A stretch of 63,846 nt of DNA, counting the filler. It is 11 parts of 11 records of this genome, joined end to end, with 100 filler letters (N's around TTAATTAATTAA, not from the genome) between each part and the next. Parts side by side here need not be neighbours in the genome. Positions count along the whole stretch, not along the records: positions 1 to 5,463 come from SRR15195285_2714; positions 5,564 to 14,542 come from SRR15195285_2717; 9 more parts are not named here. One strand, given 5' to 3'. A program made the translations under genes and the position numbers. The number at the start of each line of letters is the position of its first letter. The first letter of the stretch is position 1. The notes beneath the pieces were generated by a model. The model had not been told where the DNA came from. It saw only the letters and a list, made by a program, of their open reading frames with translations, and searched no databases. Shown here in pieces: positions 1-10,782 of this stretch.

Positions 1-22
1 CCCCCCCCCCCCCCCCCCCCCC
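1..22. repeat. poly-C homopolymer at window/contig start
   Basis: Run of 22 C; may be a sequencing or assembly artefact. Confidence 0.9.
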
Positions 23-194
23 GCTCGCCCTTCCTTGGGAGACGTCTGAAGCAGGCTGTATTCTGCGTGTCAACCCCGCGGACGGCTCACTGCGGGCAGT
101 CCATCGACGTACGCTATCGCTGCGTGGAGCCCTTGTGTGGCTGGTGCGTTGGGGGCTTCGCTGTCGATTGGCTGCACGCTGGGTCTCCGTCAGG

Positions 195-2032
195 ATGTGG
201 CCCGCGCTGGGTGAGGCGCTGCTGCTCCTGGCCGCTGCGGCTATGGTAGCTGCAGGCCCCTCGCCCTGCACCGATGACGAGTTCGTGCTGCATGAGTTTC
301 CGGGAGGGGCGGTGGATGTCCCTGCTCCACAGGCCACAGCGTTGCTGGACTTGCTGAGGAGTAGTGGCGACCCAAAGCTGCACGACCTCGGCCGAGGGCG
401 GCTGTGCTGCGGAGTACCGCACCCCGACCAAGGTACAACACGTGAGGACGATACCCACCGGTGGAAGGGCGAGGTCTTTGTGCTCGGGAAAAACGGCGGG
501 TCTCTGCGCCGGCCTTTCCACCACCGCGGGGACCATCGCAACCCGACGCATAACTTCATGTTCTGCAAGGCAGCGACCGGCGATGTGGAAGAAGTGCAGC
601 TTGAGTACATGCGACTAGGAGAGCGGACTCACGGGGTCATGCCGGCCAGTATCGGAAACCTGGTCGAGGCCCACGTGCTGGAGCTGCGGCAGAACGCGTT
701 CACCAGCGTGGCGATGAGCCTACACAAACTGGAGAAGCTCGAACTGCTGGATCTTTCCAACAACGACCTCAGCGAGCCAGCGGAAGCAGTGTTTAGGATC
801 TTCGAGCAAATTGGGTCTGTAGGGAATGGCGGCCAGTCGACTCTTGAGAAACTATACTTGCACAAAAACAGGCTGCACGGCACACTCCCTGCCTTCGGCG
901 AGCGGATGACCGGCCTCGAGGAGCTGCGGCTAGAAAACAACAAGGTGAGTCTTGCCTTCTAGACACAACGTGAATAATGACTCAGGCTCTAACGAAGGCA
1001 GCTGTGCTCGCATGTGCGCTCAGCTGAGTGGACCTATCCCATCCAGCATGGATCGCTTGACAAGGCTGGAGATGCTCCATATGCAACACAACAAGCTAGA
1101 CGGAAATCTGCCCGCTGAGCTTGCCTTCATGGACACTATGAAACACCTAAAGCTCGGCGCAAACGACTTGCGCGGCGAGATGTTCGAACTCGACAGAATG
1201 ACTAACCTTCGGTGCGTTCGTTCGTTTGACGGCTTCACATTTGTGCCCTTCTCTGCACAATCATGGTCAAGTACTGACAGCAGTGGCCAATGGGCTGGCT
1301 CGTGCATAGGACTTTCTCACTGGAACACAACCGCTTGACAGGAACCATCCCTGGTAAGGAACGCAAGCATGCGCACAACGCACCATCGTTTCACCGTGTG
1401 TGCTGATAGCTACAATCATCCATCGTCCAGTACTACAGTGGCTTGTTCTCAACTGTAGACATTGATGTTCGAGTCGTCTACATTGCATGGCGCAGTCAGC
1501 ATCGAGAACCTACCGCAGCTGCACGACCTCGACCTCTCACACAACCGCCTGTCTGGGAATCTTCGTATCCCAACCTCTCCAGAGCTGCACTCGATCGATC
1601 TCAGCACGAACCGCCTGGAAGGCCCAGTACCAGAACGCTCGTTGAGCTATGCCTCCCATCTCGCCCGGGTGAACCTCTCACAAAATCGGTTGACAGGCCC
1701 AATCGACTCTTTTGTGTTCGGCCTTGCAGATCCCGCACACTGTGCAGACCTCAACCTTGCTTCGAACCAATTCGACGGCGAGATTCCATCACGGCTGTCG
1801 ATGTTCCCACGTGCGAAGATTACGTTGTGAGCATTCCGAATGTCCGAGGTGCTACCGTCATCCGTCACAATTATCACTGATCTAACAACACTGAACGTGG
1901 TATCCAATGGATGGGTGCAGGAGCAACAACTACTTCCGAGGGCGATTACCAGTCGAGCTACAGAAAATGGTGGAAGAAAAGCGGCTTGTGGTGAAGAATA
2001 CTCGAGTCAAGATGCCATCTGGTGAGCTGTGA
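195..2032 (+). CDS. Secreted plant-type LRR protein (5 exons) ending SGEL; carries a possible in-frame TAG
   Basis: Signal peptide MWPALGEALLLLAAAAMVAAG and repeated LxxLxLxxNxLxGxxP motifs. GT-AG introns at ~945-1023, 1212-1309, 1354-1438 and 1827-1920. The last exon reads SNNYFRGRLPVELQK...MPSGEL*. Confidence 0.8.
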
Positions 2033-2106
2033 ATCAAATTTAGACGTACTAGTAGGCGCCGCTCCGAAGAGGTCGCATAAAGCACGTAGCTGACTATGGA
2101 TCTCTC

Positions 2107-4430
2107 CTACTCATCCTCGTACTCGTCCTCATCATTGCGATCCTCCTCGCCCTCTTCTTGTGCAGGCGGGACTAGCCCAGCTTCTTCCATCTGGCGACGT
2201 TTCTCAGCTTCTTCCTTCTCTTTTCTTTTGCGAGCAAGCTCTTTCCTCATTTCTCGCTCAACTGCTTTTTCGCCGTCGCGGATGATGGTGACGTAGTTCT
2301 GAGCAAATAGAGGCATCAGGCGCATCCGTGGCATGCGCGGCTCCCGACCAAGCTCCTTGGGTGGTGCTGCACCCATCGCTCGTCTTGCCTGAATCACTGA
2401 TGCGAGTCGCTCAACCTGCGCGTCATACCTTCGCTTCGCGGCGTAGTACACGTTCATTTTTTCGCGGTGTTTGGACTTTTCAGAGGAGAGCCACCGTCCT
2501 AGCACCTGACGCTTGATGGCGAGTGGAACGGCTTGCTTCAGCTGAAACTTTGGCATTGAGTCCACCTGCAGCAGGCCGCAAGCAAGTGTAGCGCTCCGTC
2601 AAGAATCCCCATCGACACAGCAGCAGTCCATACAATGGTCGGCCTCGCTTTGGAACTGTACCTTGTCCTTTTGCTTCTGCGCAAGCTTCTTGTAGTCGGC
2701 GCCATTGCTTTTGCCTGACACAGATTTGATGGCACAAGCGAGTGATAAATGCACTGTGCGTTTTCCAAACAGTAATCTTTGCCATCCGCACCAGATTTGG
2801 CCATGGCCTTCGTTGACAACTCCTTTGCTCTGGCGGCCTCGTGGTCCAATTTCTGCGTGTGCCGGTTCTTTTGGTGGTCCCAATACTTGCACAGCAGCGC
2901 CATCTCGGCAGTCTTCTTGAAGTACTTCGATTTCCAATACCTGCGCACAGTGGAGTGCTCAGTGATGGCGCCGTTTCAAAAGCAAAGTGGATTTGGCTGT
3001 GGAGACCTATTGTTATGTGTGCATGCGCATCCACACCGCTGGATGAGCACGCAGGCCATTCGGAACTTCTTCAGCGCGACCTTGATCATGCCTGTCCGGC
3101 GTGCGGCTCGCATGAACTCCGCCACGCGCCCAGCTGCAACCTTTCTTTTTAAAAGCCTTATTTGACCATAGTGAATGCGGTAATTGCGTTGTAGCACACG
3201 TGCTGCTGCCGCTAGTTTCTCGCGTTCGTTCTTCATCATCCTCTTAAAGCGGAAGGCAAGATAGTAGCTCTCGATCGTACACACTGCCTCACGTTGCTCC
3301 CTCTGCGTGTCGTTTGCTACCTGCTCGCGCCGCTCCTCCACTAAAACCGCCCACAGCTTAACTCTGGATGCTAGGACCGTCGCTAGCATCAGGCCACGCA
3401 ATCGCTCAGCGTGAAACGCTCGCCGGCGAGCCGCTTCTTCCTCCGCCTTCTTCCGTTTCCTCCTGTCGCGCAGCGACAGTGCCCGGTCGTCCTTCTGTGC
3501 GGCTGCACGCTCTCTCCGTTCTCTAACCATCTCTGCTTTTGCTTGTTGCACTGCCATGTGTATTTCATTAGCCACAGGCCCCTGCGGTCGCTTTCGTGCA
3601 TTCCGTTGGGCTTCTTCCTCCTTTTTCTGTGCCAACTTTGCTCGCTCTTCCTCGCGGTACTTCAGCACGTTCTTCTCCAAATGTTCCATCATCATCGGAT
3701 GCTCGCGGAACTGCGCCACCTTCTCCTCAACGCGATGGCTGGCGGGACGGGGCCGACGCTTGGCAAGCCGACTGTCGAATGATTCGTCCGACTGCCCGCT
3801 GGTCGCGCCGGCTTTGGCCTTGGCACTGTCGGCGTGCGCGGCCGCACCAGGCTTCTTCGCGTCCTCTGCTGCACGCGCAGCCTCGGCCGCCTCAGCCGCC
3901 GCAGCCGCCTCGGCCGGGGTCACCCCTGTCTTCAGCGCGACCAGTAGATCCTCGAACTGTGACGAATCCAGCTTGCGTATCGCGGCACGCTGCTTGGGCG
4001 ACAGTACGATCGCGGCTGCCGCACCGAAGGGCGACGTCCCGTTCTCGTGTGTCGCCCCAACCCCGAGCTCGCGCAGCAGGTTCAGCTTGCTGGTCGCCTC
4101 GTCGTTCTCGCTGCGCATCAGGCCGCTGAGAATATAGCCGTCCTTCTGCAGCTGGTTCATCGGAAACCCGAAGTCCACCTCCTCCAGCAGATGCCCCCCG
4201 CGCGCCGTCTGACTGAAATGTGCGATGATATCCGCGCGGCTGCCGCTCTCCATCACCGATCCTCCGCGTGGCGGCAGCTCCATTCCATTCCGCGCCTCCC
4301 AGCGCCCCAGCTCTAAGCTCCGCGCGCCCGAGCGCCGCCCTTTCGATTTGGACCGCCCACCCGAACGCCGCGTCTCCCCCGCAGGCTGTTGCGCGGGCGC
4401 AACGGGCAGCGCTGGCAGGCTGCTCATCAT
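2107..4430 (-). CDS. IQ-motif, coiled-coil protein (calmodulin-binding, possibly ciliary), 4 exons
   Basis: ORFs 2976-4430, 2538-2948, 2599-2937 and 2107-2565 join through GT-AG introns. IQ-like motifs (AARVLQRNYR, ACVLIQR|YWK), charged helices and an acidic tail. Confidence 0.7.
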
Positions 4431-5397
4431 AGACCGCCCACAGCGAGATAGAGCTCACAGCCACACAGCGCCACTTCGACTCTTTCGCTGCCCACACTCC
4501 TCTTGATCACTGCAGACCTGAGCGGCCCTGCGCCTCCTCTCGATCAGCACTGCCAAGCCATTGCCTGTGCTCTCGCCACCTCTGTCGGCAGCCTGTGGCT
4601 GTGCGGCGCATTCTCCAGGAGAATTGCCAACGGCTCCACCGCTCCAGAGTGGTCACCCGACACCCCCGGTCGATGATAATGGATATTGATATTGATATTG
4701 ATAAAAGTGTGGCAAGTGGATGCCGGAATCGGAATGATGAATGAATCACAGTTCACACTGGGAAAAAAACTCTTACGCTCACGAGTCCTCCGGCGCTTGA
4801 GCTGGACCCGGGTCTGAGAGCCGGAGCTGCACAGCCGCAAGTCAAGTGAGGCTGAGCAGTGCTCAAGACAAGGAAGCGCGATATGGCAAAGTTCGAAAAA
4901 TACGCACGGCCAAGCTACCCATCTACATGTACGAAATCGCAAACTGCGCCCACGCACGGATACCCAACCGAGATTAAGATCTGCTAGGGCGAAGAGTCGT
5001 CGCCAGAGGAGGGCATCGAGAGCCCTACCAGCTTGGAGCCACCTGAGTTGCGGAGTAGTCATATTAGCTGAATCGTATGCTGCTTTTAAAATGGGCTCCG
5101 CGTGGGAACCCTAGGTGCATGAATGTAGCTGCGTGTTGAATGCTAGCTGCAGTCGGGAATTCATTGGCTGTGGCTGGGTATGATCTTCGCCGAGTTGCGC
5201 AAGTGAATTGTCGGCCTCTGTGCATCTACACGTAGTGTGTCAGCGATTGCTGAATGGTCAAGGAATACAGGTCAGCAATCTGAGCCACAATGAATGCACC
5301 GTGTCGTCCGACCGTGGCCCTCCATGCCACATTGCACGCTACTTAGACGTGTGAGCCTCGCAAACATGGCGCATCCTGGAACAAAGGAATTCATTTT

Positions 5398-5429
5398 GGC
5401 ACCGGGCATAAAGCTTATGCCCGGTGTCA
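5398..5429. repeat. Hairpin/palindromic interspersed repeat, copy 1
   Basis: caccgggcataa-agc-ttatgcccggtg has perfect 12-bp arms. The right arm plus tcac recurs at 60695-60722. Confidence 0.75.
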
Positions 5430-5463
5430 CTGGTTATCTAGAAACAGGAGTCGCGAGGAAATT

Positions 5464-5563
5464 NNNNNNNNNNNNNNNNNNNNNNNNNNNNNNNNNNNNN
5501 NNNNNNNTTAATTAATTAANNNNNNNNNNNNNNNNNNNNNNNNNNNNNNNNNNNNNNNNNNNN
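5464..5563. other. Artificial contig linker
   Basis: N44-TTAATTAATTAA-N44, stops in all six frames. Confidence 0.98.
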
Positions 5564-5666
5564 ATTTGATTAATGATTCGTCTTAATCATAAGCGGGTAA
5601 GAGTAGATGGGCCCATCTATCGGATCTATGATAATTTGGGGTCCGGCTATACCGGGGTTATAGTAT

Positions 5667-5750
5667 GCCCGGGAATTCAAGGCAATCTGGCCGGGGGAAC
5701 TTCATGGCCATATTGAGTTGCAGATACATGTATTTACCAGTGAAAATGAG
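5667..5750 (+). repeat. Interspersed repeat family B, copy 1
   Basis: gcccgggaattcaa...caatctg..cg.gggaacttc.tggccatattgagt...tatttaccagtgaaaatgag, near-identical to 42496-42589. Confidence 0.85.
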
Positions 5751-6259
5751 ACGCCCTCAAACACTCGTCAGCAACGAGGATGGGCCGTATGGTAGTCAAG
5801 TATACCCCAATTTCATGAATGGATCGCGAAGAAAAGCAGCGAGTCGCAGCTGGGCCTTGGGCCCGATTCCTCAGTGAGTTCTCCGCAAGACTGTTCGCCG
5901 ATGACGACCCCAATGCCTTCATGAGACTCCAACAGAATGGTACAATTTTCCCATACAGACGACATGGAAATGCAAAAGAAAACTACCCCGGCGCTTGATT
6001 ATGCAGTGCCTGGAATTGACTGCCGCGCCGTTGGGAGACACGGTCCTTTTGCACAAATGGTCAGGCTGGGTTGGATTCTTGCGGAGTACATAGAACTCAC
6101 TGATAAATGCACGCTCCGCGGACCGCTCTGAGACACTGGGTTTTTGTCGCAGACCAGTACTGATATTAGGGAGGTTCTCGCCCCCGCCGTTGGCGTTGAA
6201 TCCTGACCCGCCTGTGGTATATGGCTACTGCATGGCCAAGGCCGTGGAGGACGAGGACG

Positions 6260-6492
6260 AGGAGACACACAGAGACACATAGAGACACACAGAGACACAC
6301 AGACACAGAGAGACATAGAGACACATAGAGACACACAGACATAGAGAGACACAGAGAGACACAGAGACACAGAGAGACACAGATAGACACAGAGACACAC
6401 AGAGACAGAGAGACACAGACATAGAGAGACAGTGACAGAGAGGCAGTGACAGACATAGAAGAGAGACAGTGAGAGAGGCAGGCGGAGAGAGA
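6260..6492. repeat. Degenerate (GA/CA)n microsatellite
   Basis: Long agagacacacagagac-type low-complexity tract. Confidence 0.95.
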
Positions 6493-6643
6493 CTCCCTTT
6501 TCACATGGCCGAGGCCGCATAATATAGGAGGACGAGGAGAGACGCAGAGGGAAAGTGAGAGACGCCACAGAGACAGACGGGCAGAGGCAGGCCTTGATAT
6601 TTACGCCCGAACGCTGCGGATTGCACAGGCGTCGGGCCTCGAC

Positions 6644-9600
6644 ATGGAGGGCTTCCGGCAGTCGCTGCGCCAGAGCCTCTACCTCGACACCCCGCAGGGC
6701 AGCTGCTGTCGAAAGGTACGTACGCCCAGGTGGCCTCGCAGGACGGCAGATACGGCAGCGCTGTCCAGGTTGATGATGGACCACCAGCCGTCCGTCCGTC
6801 TGTCTGTCTGTCCTATATTGCTCCTATGTACAGCTGTATCTGTCTCCGAAGCTTGACAGTGGTGTGGTGGGTTGTCGTTTGCAGGTGTCGTGCGGGTTGC
6901 TGGTGCTGCTCGGGACCCGGTGGTTCGTGGTCGTGTGGGAGCTGCGCGCGATCGTGCCTCTGCCGCTGTTCTATGGGATCGGCGTGCTACCGACGCTTAC
7001 GCTGGGTGGGGCGGTGCTGCCGATGATCTGCGATGCCGGTGGCGGGCGATGTGTGTGTGGCGCGCGCGGACGCCAGGTCTTCTCCGTTCTCTGCGCGACG
7101 CTGGACGCCGCCTTGTCGCTTGGCCTGGCGGGCGGCCTGGTCTATGTGGCAGACAAGTTGGCAACCGAGCCGGATCAGGGACTCAATATCTACTGGTCTG
7201 GCACGCTGCATTTGTTCATTTACGTGCTGATGGCCAGCATCCTGGGTGCGTTCTGCGCGTCTCATACCCATCTTGCCCGAGCCGCAGCGTCGTAAGACTC
7301 ACTCCCATGCGCGTTCGGGCAGCGCTTCTGCTGTACACAACCCTCGCGGTGCAAGGGCACTGTTGCGCGCAGCACGGTACCTCCACGTGCACCACACACT
7401 CCATCGAGCTCGATGCTGTGGCTACTGCGGACGGAAGCAACGCGCTGCAGGAAGGTCTGATCGATGACGACGACGATGGATTTGAGCGAATGGATTCAGC
7501 TCAGACCGCTCGCCGTCCCAGGGGTGGCAAGCGCAGCCGATGCGACCCGATGGCCGGCATCAGCCGGCTGAATGACGAGGAGAAACTGAGCGCCACATTG
7601 CTGCTGATCTACTCAACAGTTGCGGCGTTTCAGCTCATTGTGTTTTTTGTAGCACTCTGGCAGTGGCAGATGAACGACGGCCTCCGGCATGCTGTCGGTG
7701 GCATTGACAGCCCACCATGTGGCGACCCACTTGTCGGCAACTACGCGCCATGTGCGCTGCCTTTCCCTTCGGACTACCTGCTGGAGGTAGACCTGCCCTC
7801 AGCAACAGGGTATCGGGTAGCGATGACCTCAGAGTCGCTCCCTCTTTCCCGATGGGACGGAAAGCTGTCACCAGTGGCCTGGAATGCCCAAGACGGTTTT
7901 TCGACAGTATCGCCTGTCCTCTTTGCCTTCGCTGCCAAGGACAAGGCGCCGATCGATGTAGATACTCTGATTCCGCACACACACATCGAGATCTCGATGC
8001 AGCCGACCAATCCTAAGATGACGACGATCCTGCTCGATGCGGACAGCGGGGAGCTAGTACCACACTGGGTTGACGTTGATCAGTACCACCTCGACTACGG
8101 AGAAGACATTGTGGCAGATGGTCGCCCTCCCTTGCTCATCCTGCAACCTGCGAAGCCGTTGAGGCACAACACTACGTATATCGTTGGGGTGCGTGGCCTG
8201 AAAGCGAAGGGAGTGGCTGTGCCTGTTGAGTCATCCTTCGCAGCAGTTCGTGACTGTGTACCTCAACACGGTTGCGACCCCAGTGCACAGTTGGCACAGG
8301 CCAAGCCTGCGATTGAATGGCCGAGGAAGAGAACGTACGCGCACAATTAGCCCCCATCTACGTAGAGTCTCTGTGCTCATGATCGTGCACGGTGTGTTCA
8401 CTGCAGAGATGCGTACAATTCGCTGGTGTTTCCAAAACTCGAGGCACACGGCTTCCACCGCTCCAATCTGCAGCTGGCTTGGTGGTACAAGACTGTCTCC
8501 TCAGAATCTTCCCTTGGCGTTGCAAAGCACATTCGTGAAGAGTCGCTGGCATCAGTGCCTTTGCATGGCCAGCCGCTGTCGTCAGGGCAGAGCCCGATCG
8601 AGCCAGTGGTTGACAAGGTAACGGATTACACTTGTGGCACGGCCGGCGATGATGGAAGCTGGGGCGGGAAACACGGTGTGCATATTGGGCGCACCGTCTG
8701 GGGCCACTTCATGGCGCCAACGTACCTGCGCCGTGCTGGCCCTGGCTACCACACTTTTTACAACTTCCCGTCAACACAAGGAGGCCACCGAATGGACAGT
8801 CGGCTCGATCCTGCCGGTCATAGCGTTGGAGGTCCATGGTGGAGCCATGAGGTGACCGATCTCGGTGCGGGTGCTGGTCAGCGCAGCTCTGGCGATGGAG
8901 CACGCGCGATGCCAACACGCCTCGAGGGCAAAGAGCGCGTCGGCTGGGTGGCGCGTATCCCATGCTCCGTGCTGTCTAGGGCAGGCCAATCCGCTTTTGT
9001 GCTGCAGTACGGTCACGGTCTGTTTGGGAGCCGCGATGAGATTAACGCAGGTTATTTGAGCAATCTGGCGAATCAGAATGGTTGGATTCTCGTAGCCTTG
9101 GACTGGGCAGGAATGGCACAGTTTGACGTCCCGCAGGCGATACGTATCATGACCTCACGATTTGACGAGTTCGCGTCTATGCCTCAGCGAACAGTACAAG
9201 GCTGGGCGTACGATGCAATGTTCATGCGCCTATTAGGGACTGAGGACATGGCAAAATTGCCGGCGTTCCAGTCACCAGCGACCAAGATCTCGCTGCTTTC
9301 GCCTCGTCGTTACGCAGAGGGTGCAAGAACAGCGAGACAGGCTCTTGATGCAGGCAACATTCATCTAACAGAGGGTCCACTTACTGCGGGGTACTATGGC
9401 AACTCGCAAGGGGCAGTCGTTGGCTGCGGTTACTGCGCTTACCAGCGTGACATTCGACGATGCACGTGTGGGGTGCCTGGTTGTCCCTTTGCGTTAATAC
9501 TCTCACGCTCCAAAGACTTCGCGCCCTACTACACGGCCCTTAAGCTGCAGTTTACACACGCCCAGGACATCCGTCTGGCGATCACCTTAATGCAGGTGCT

Positions 9601-10066
9601 TTGGGATCAGGGCGAGTCTGGTGGGTGGCTGGGAGAGATGGCACCTAAACAAGTGTTGCTACAGGCAGGGATTGGCGATGCCCAGGTGAACAACCTAGGG
9701 GCTGAGCTGATGGCGCGAGCCTACAGCGCATCGACGGTGAAGCCACAGACACGACCGGTTTACGGCGTACCCGAGCGAGACGGTTCTTTCGATGGTTCGG
9801 CACTCGTGGAGTGGCTCTACGATGACGTTCCTGATTCACCACAGGGTGATGTCCCTCGGTCCGACGAGAAAGACGTGCACGAGTGCCCTCGCAAAGAGCC
9901 ATCTGCGCAACGTCAGATGAAGCTCTTTCTTTTGGGGCAAAATGTAACGCAGCAGTGTTACGATGCGCATGGTGCCCAAGTCAAATGTGAGAGTAAGACC
10001 TGCCCGTCTGATTTTGGCCCGTGGCCTGACTCACCCACACCAGGTGACGGAGTCGGCGCAGGATGA
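6644..10066 (+). CDS. Membrane-anchored alpha/beta-hydrolase (bacterial lipase-like family), 4 exons
   Basis: N-terminal hydrophobic TM segments, then CALPFPSD, WNAQDGFS, YGHGLFG, DWAGM, nucleophile elbow GNSQG, GDAQV and VHECPR. Introns at ~6717-6885, 7246-7322 and 8335-8406 restore one frame. Confidence 0.8.
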
Positions 10067-10246
10067 TGATTGTGAAAAAAGCCATTTCTCTCGTTGTTTC
10101 TCGATAGCATTCCATAATCCACCATTCCGCCTTGTGCATTTACGCAATCTGAATAATCAACATCACCAGCACCGTCACCAGCACCGTCACTACATGTAGC
10201 AACTACTCAGCACTCCAGCCGGCGCCGGTACGGTTCTAACAATTAT

Positions 10247-10330
10247 CGGGTTTGGGGAGGGTTCTGGAACCGGGTTTTGGAGGGTGTTCTGGAACCGGTT
10301 TTTGGGGGGATTCTGAGACCGGGTTGACGG
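10247..10330. repeat. Imperfect ~22-bp tandem repeat (ggagggttctggaaccgggtttt) in a non-coding, repeat-like segment
   Basis: Three degenerate units are visible directly. Confidence 0.6.
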
Positions 10331-10423
10331 GAACGGGCCGGAAAACGGGTTTTCATATACCCCTCTGGGGCAGCGATTCCAAAACAGCTGCAGACCCCGA
10401 CCCCTACATATGGGCAGCAAAAT

Positions 10424-10732
10424 ACTGAAGGCGATGTGTGTTTCTGGCACGGGCAGGTCGTCCACGGCAGCTCGGAGAACCATAAGTGACCCCGCCTCGC
10501 GCTGTTTGCACGTTGGGCCCACTCACAGATGCGTGTTGACAGAGAGTGGGTCAGTTTCGCAGAAGGTCCTGATCGTATCAGCAACACCTTCCTGCCGCCC
10601 GACAGTCCCGAGAGGGCCCACATTCGCTATGACGTGCCACAGGATCCCTGGCAGTACTGGGGAGAAGTCGTGCGAACGGTGGGCGCGTCAGAACTCGAGC
10701 CTCAGGTCTCAGCCGCTAGTGCTAAACTGTGA
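10424..10732 (+). pseudogene. 5'-truncated PhyH-like 2OG-Fe(II) dioxygenase fragment with PTS1 (AKL)
   Basis: EGDVCFWHGQVVHGSSENH resembles the PhyH GDxxxxHxxxxH motif. Intron 10486-10542 joins it in frame to ...YDVPQDPWQYW...SAKL*. There is no room for the N-terminal half upstream. Confidence 0.6.
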
Positions 10733-10782
10733 TCTCCAGTCGTGCGTCTACTAGATAAACATTAAGTCAAAATTAAAGCAGT

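Noticed and set aside
1456-1458. TAG reassignment (alternative genetic code)
   Set aside because: TAG, TAA and TGA all terminate other genes here (TAG at 17106 and 30694, TAA at 34635, TGA at 10066), and long ORFs lack internal stops.
5999-6784. Cys/Val/Ser/Leu-rich ORFs
   Set aside because: They are translations of the GA/CA microsatellite.
10487-10489. TGA as selenocysteine or readthrough in the PhyH-like fragment
   Set aside because: It falls inside a GT-AG intron (10486-10542) whose removal restores the frame.
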